Part shown: piece after piece, positions 63,748 through 64,000 of the stretch
Position numbering within the stretch: the first letter of the stretch is position 1
Layout: each line of letters begins with the position of its first letter
NCBI GenBank assembly: GCA_964516805.1
Contig: CAZEXI010000003.1
Span: 3,021-67,020, forward strand
DNA: 64,000 nt
Reading direction: 5' to 3'
Source of the DNA: an uncultured Thermoplasmata archaeon
GTDB lineage: Archaea; Thermoplasmatota; Thermoplasmata; Halarchaeoplasmatales; Halarchaeoplasmataceae
Notes under the pieces: generated by a model
What the model saw: only the letters and a program-made list of their open reading frames with translations
What the model was told of the DNA's origin: nothing
The model's database searches: none
Position numbers and translations under genes: made by a program

Positions 63748-64000
63748 TCAGCTTTCTTCTTTTATCAAATCTCCTATTGTCAATCCTCCAGAATCTTCAT
63801 TTCTTTTTATATTCGTAGGTTCAATCTTTTCTTGAAGTTCTATTTCCAACGTATGCTCTAATTTTTTTCTCAGTTCGTCACTTGGTCTCATATCGCCTCT
63901 CTCTAATTTAGCTATTACAGATTTCTTCTCATGAACCTTATCAGCGAGTTCTTCTTGATCCCAATCATTATCTAAACGTCCATTTTTTATCCTATCCGAA
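63748..64000 (-). CDS. Archaeal MBF1-like HTH (Cro/C1-type) protein, C-terminal part (5' end beyond window)
   Basis: Hand translation of the minus strand: ...IKNGRLDNDWDQEELADKVHEKKSVIAKLERGDMRPSDELRKKLEHTLEIEL...stop at 63748. Confidence 0.7.
   Translation of the reverse strand, partial: SDRIKNGRLDNDWDQEELADKVHEKKSVIAKLERGDMRPSDELRKKLEHTLEIELQEKIEPTNIKRNEDSGGLTIGDLIKEES

Overview
This is an AT-rich (roughly one-third GC by eye), gene-dense archaeal chromosomal segment. It uses the standard genetic code and most genes have GGAGG-type Shine-Dalgarno leaders. I can support about 80 protein-coding genes. I found no rRNA, tRNA, CRISPR array, transposase or integrase. Information-processing genes: MCM, Orc1/Cdc6 with an adjacent ORB-like dyad and AT-rich candidate origin, TBP, SRP54, NMD3, Nop5, Csl4, aEF-1beta with its Zn-ribbon partner, AspRS, Alba, Hjc-like resolvase and MBF1. 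Biosynthesis and housekeeping genes: PurD, PyrE, CDP-archaeol synthase, MptE, phosphopantothenate synthetase, SAH hydrolase, dCMP deaminase, PCD, Pcm and RidA. There are also three ABC-2-type exporter sets, a large PbH1/FN3 surface protein and two tandem ferredoxins. A complete 14-gene Mrp-Mbh membrane-bound [NiFe] hydrogenase cluster has the same gene order as Pyrococcus furiosus mbhA-N and is followed by a HycI-type maturation protease. The most unusual items follow. (1) A membrane-anchored, N-terminally extended YbdK/GCS2-type carboxylate-amine ligase lies downstream of a frameshifted TehB-like methyltransferase and tail-to-tail with a VAT-N-like/vWA fusion protein. (2) A Roadblock/LC7 gene is translationally coupled to a KaiC-like ATPase with a degenerate second domain, downstream of two small coiled-coil genes. 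(3) Two conserved genes have conserved N-termini that extend upstream of any ATG/GTG/TTG, with ATA or ATC at the expected start. (4) A YaaA/DUF328-like protein carries a C-terminal zinc ribbon. (5) An orphan wHTH protein is divergent from the hydrogenase protease gene. All functional calls come from motif recognition by eye. No database search was run.
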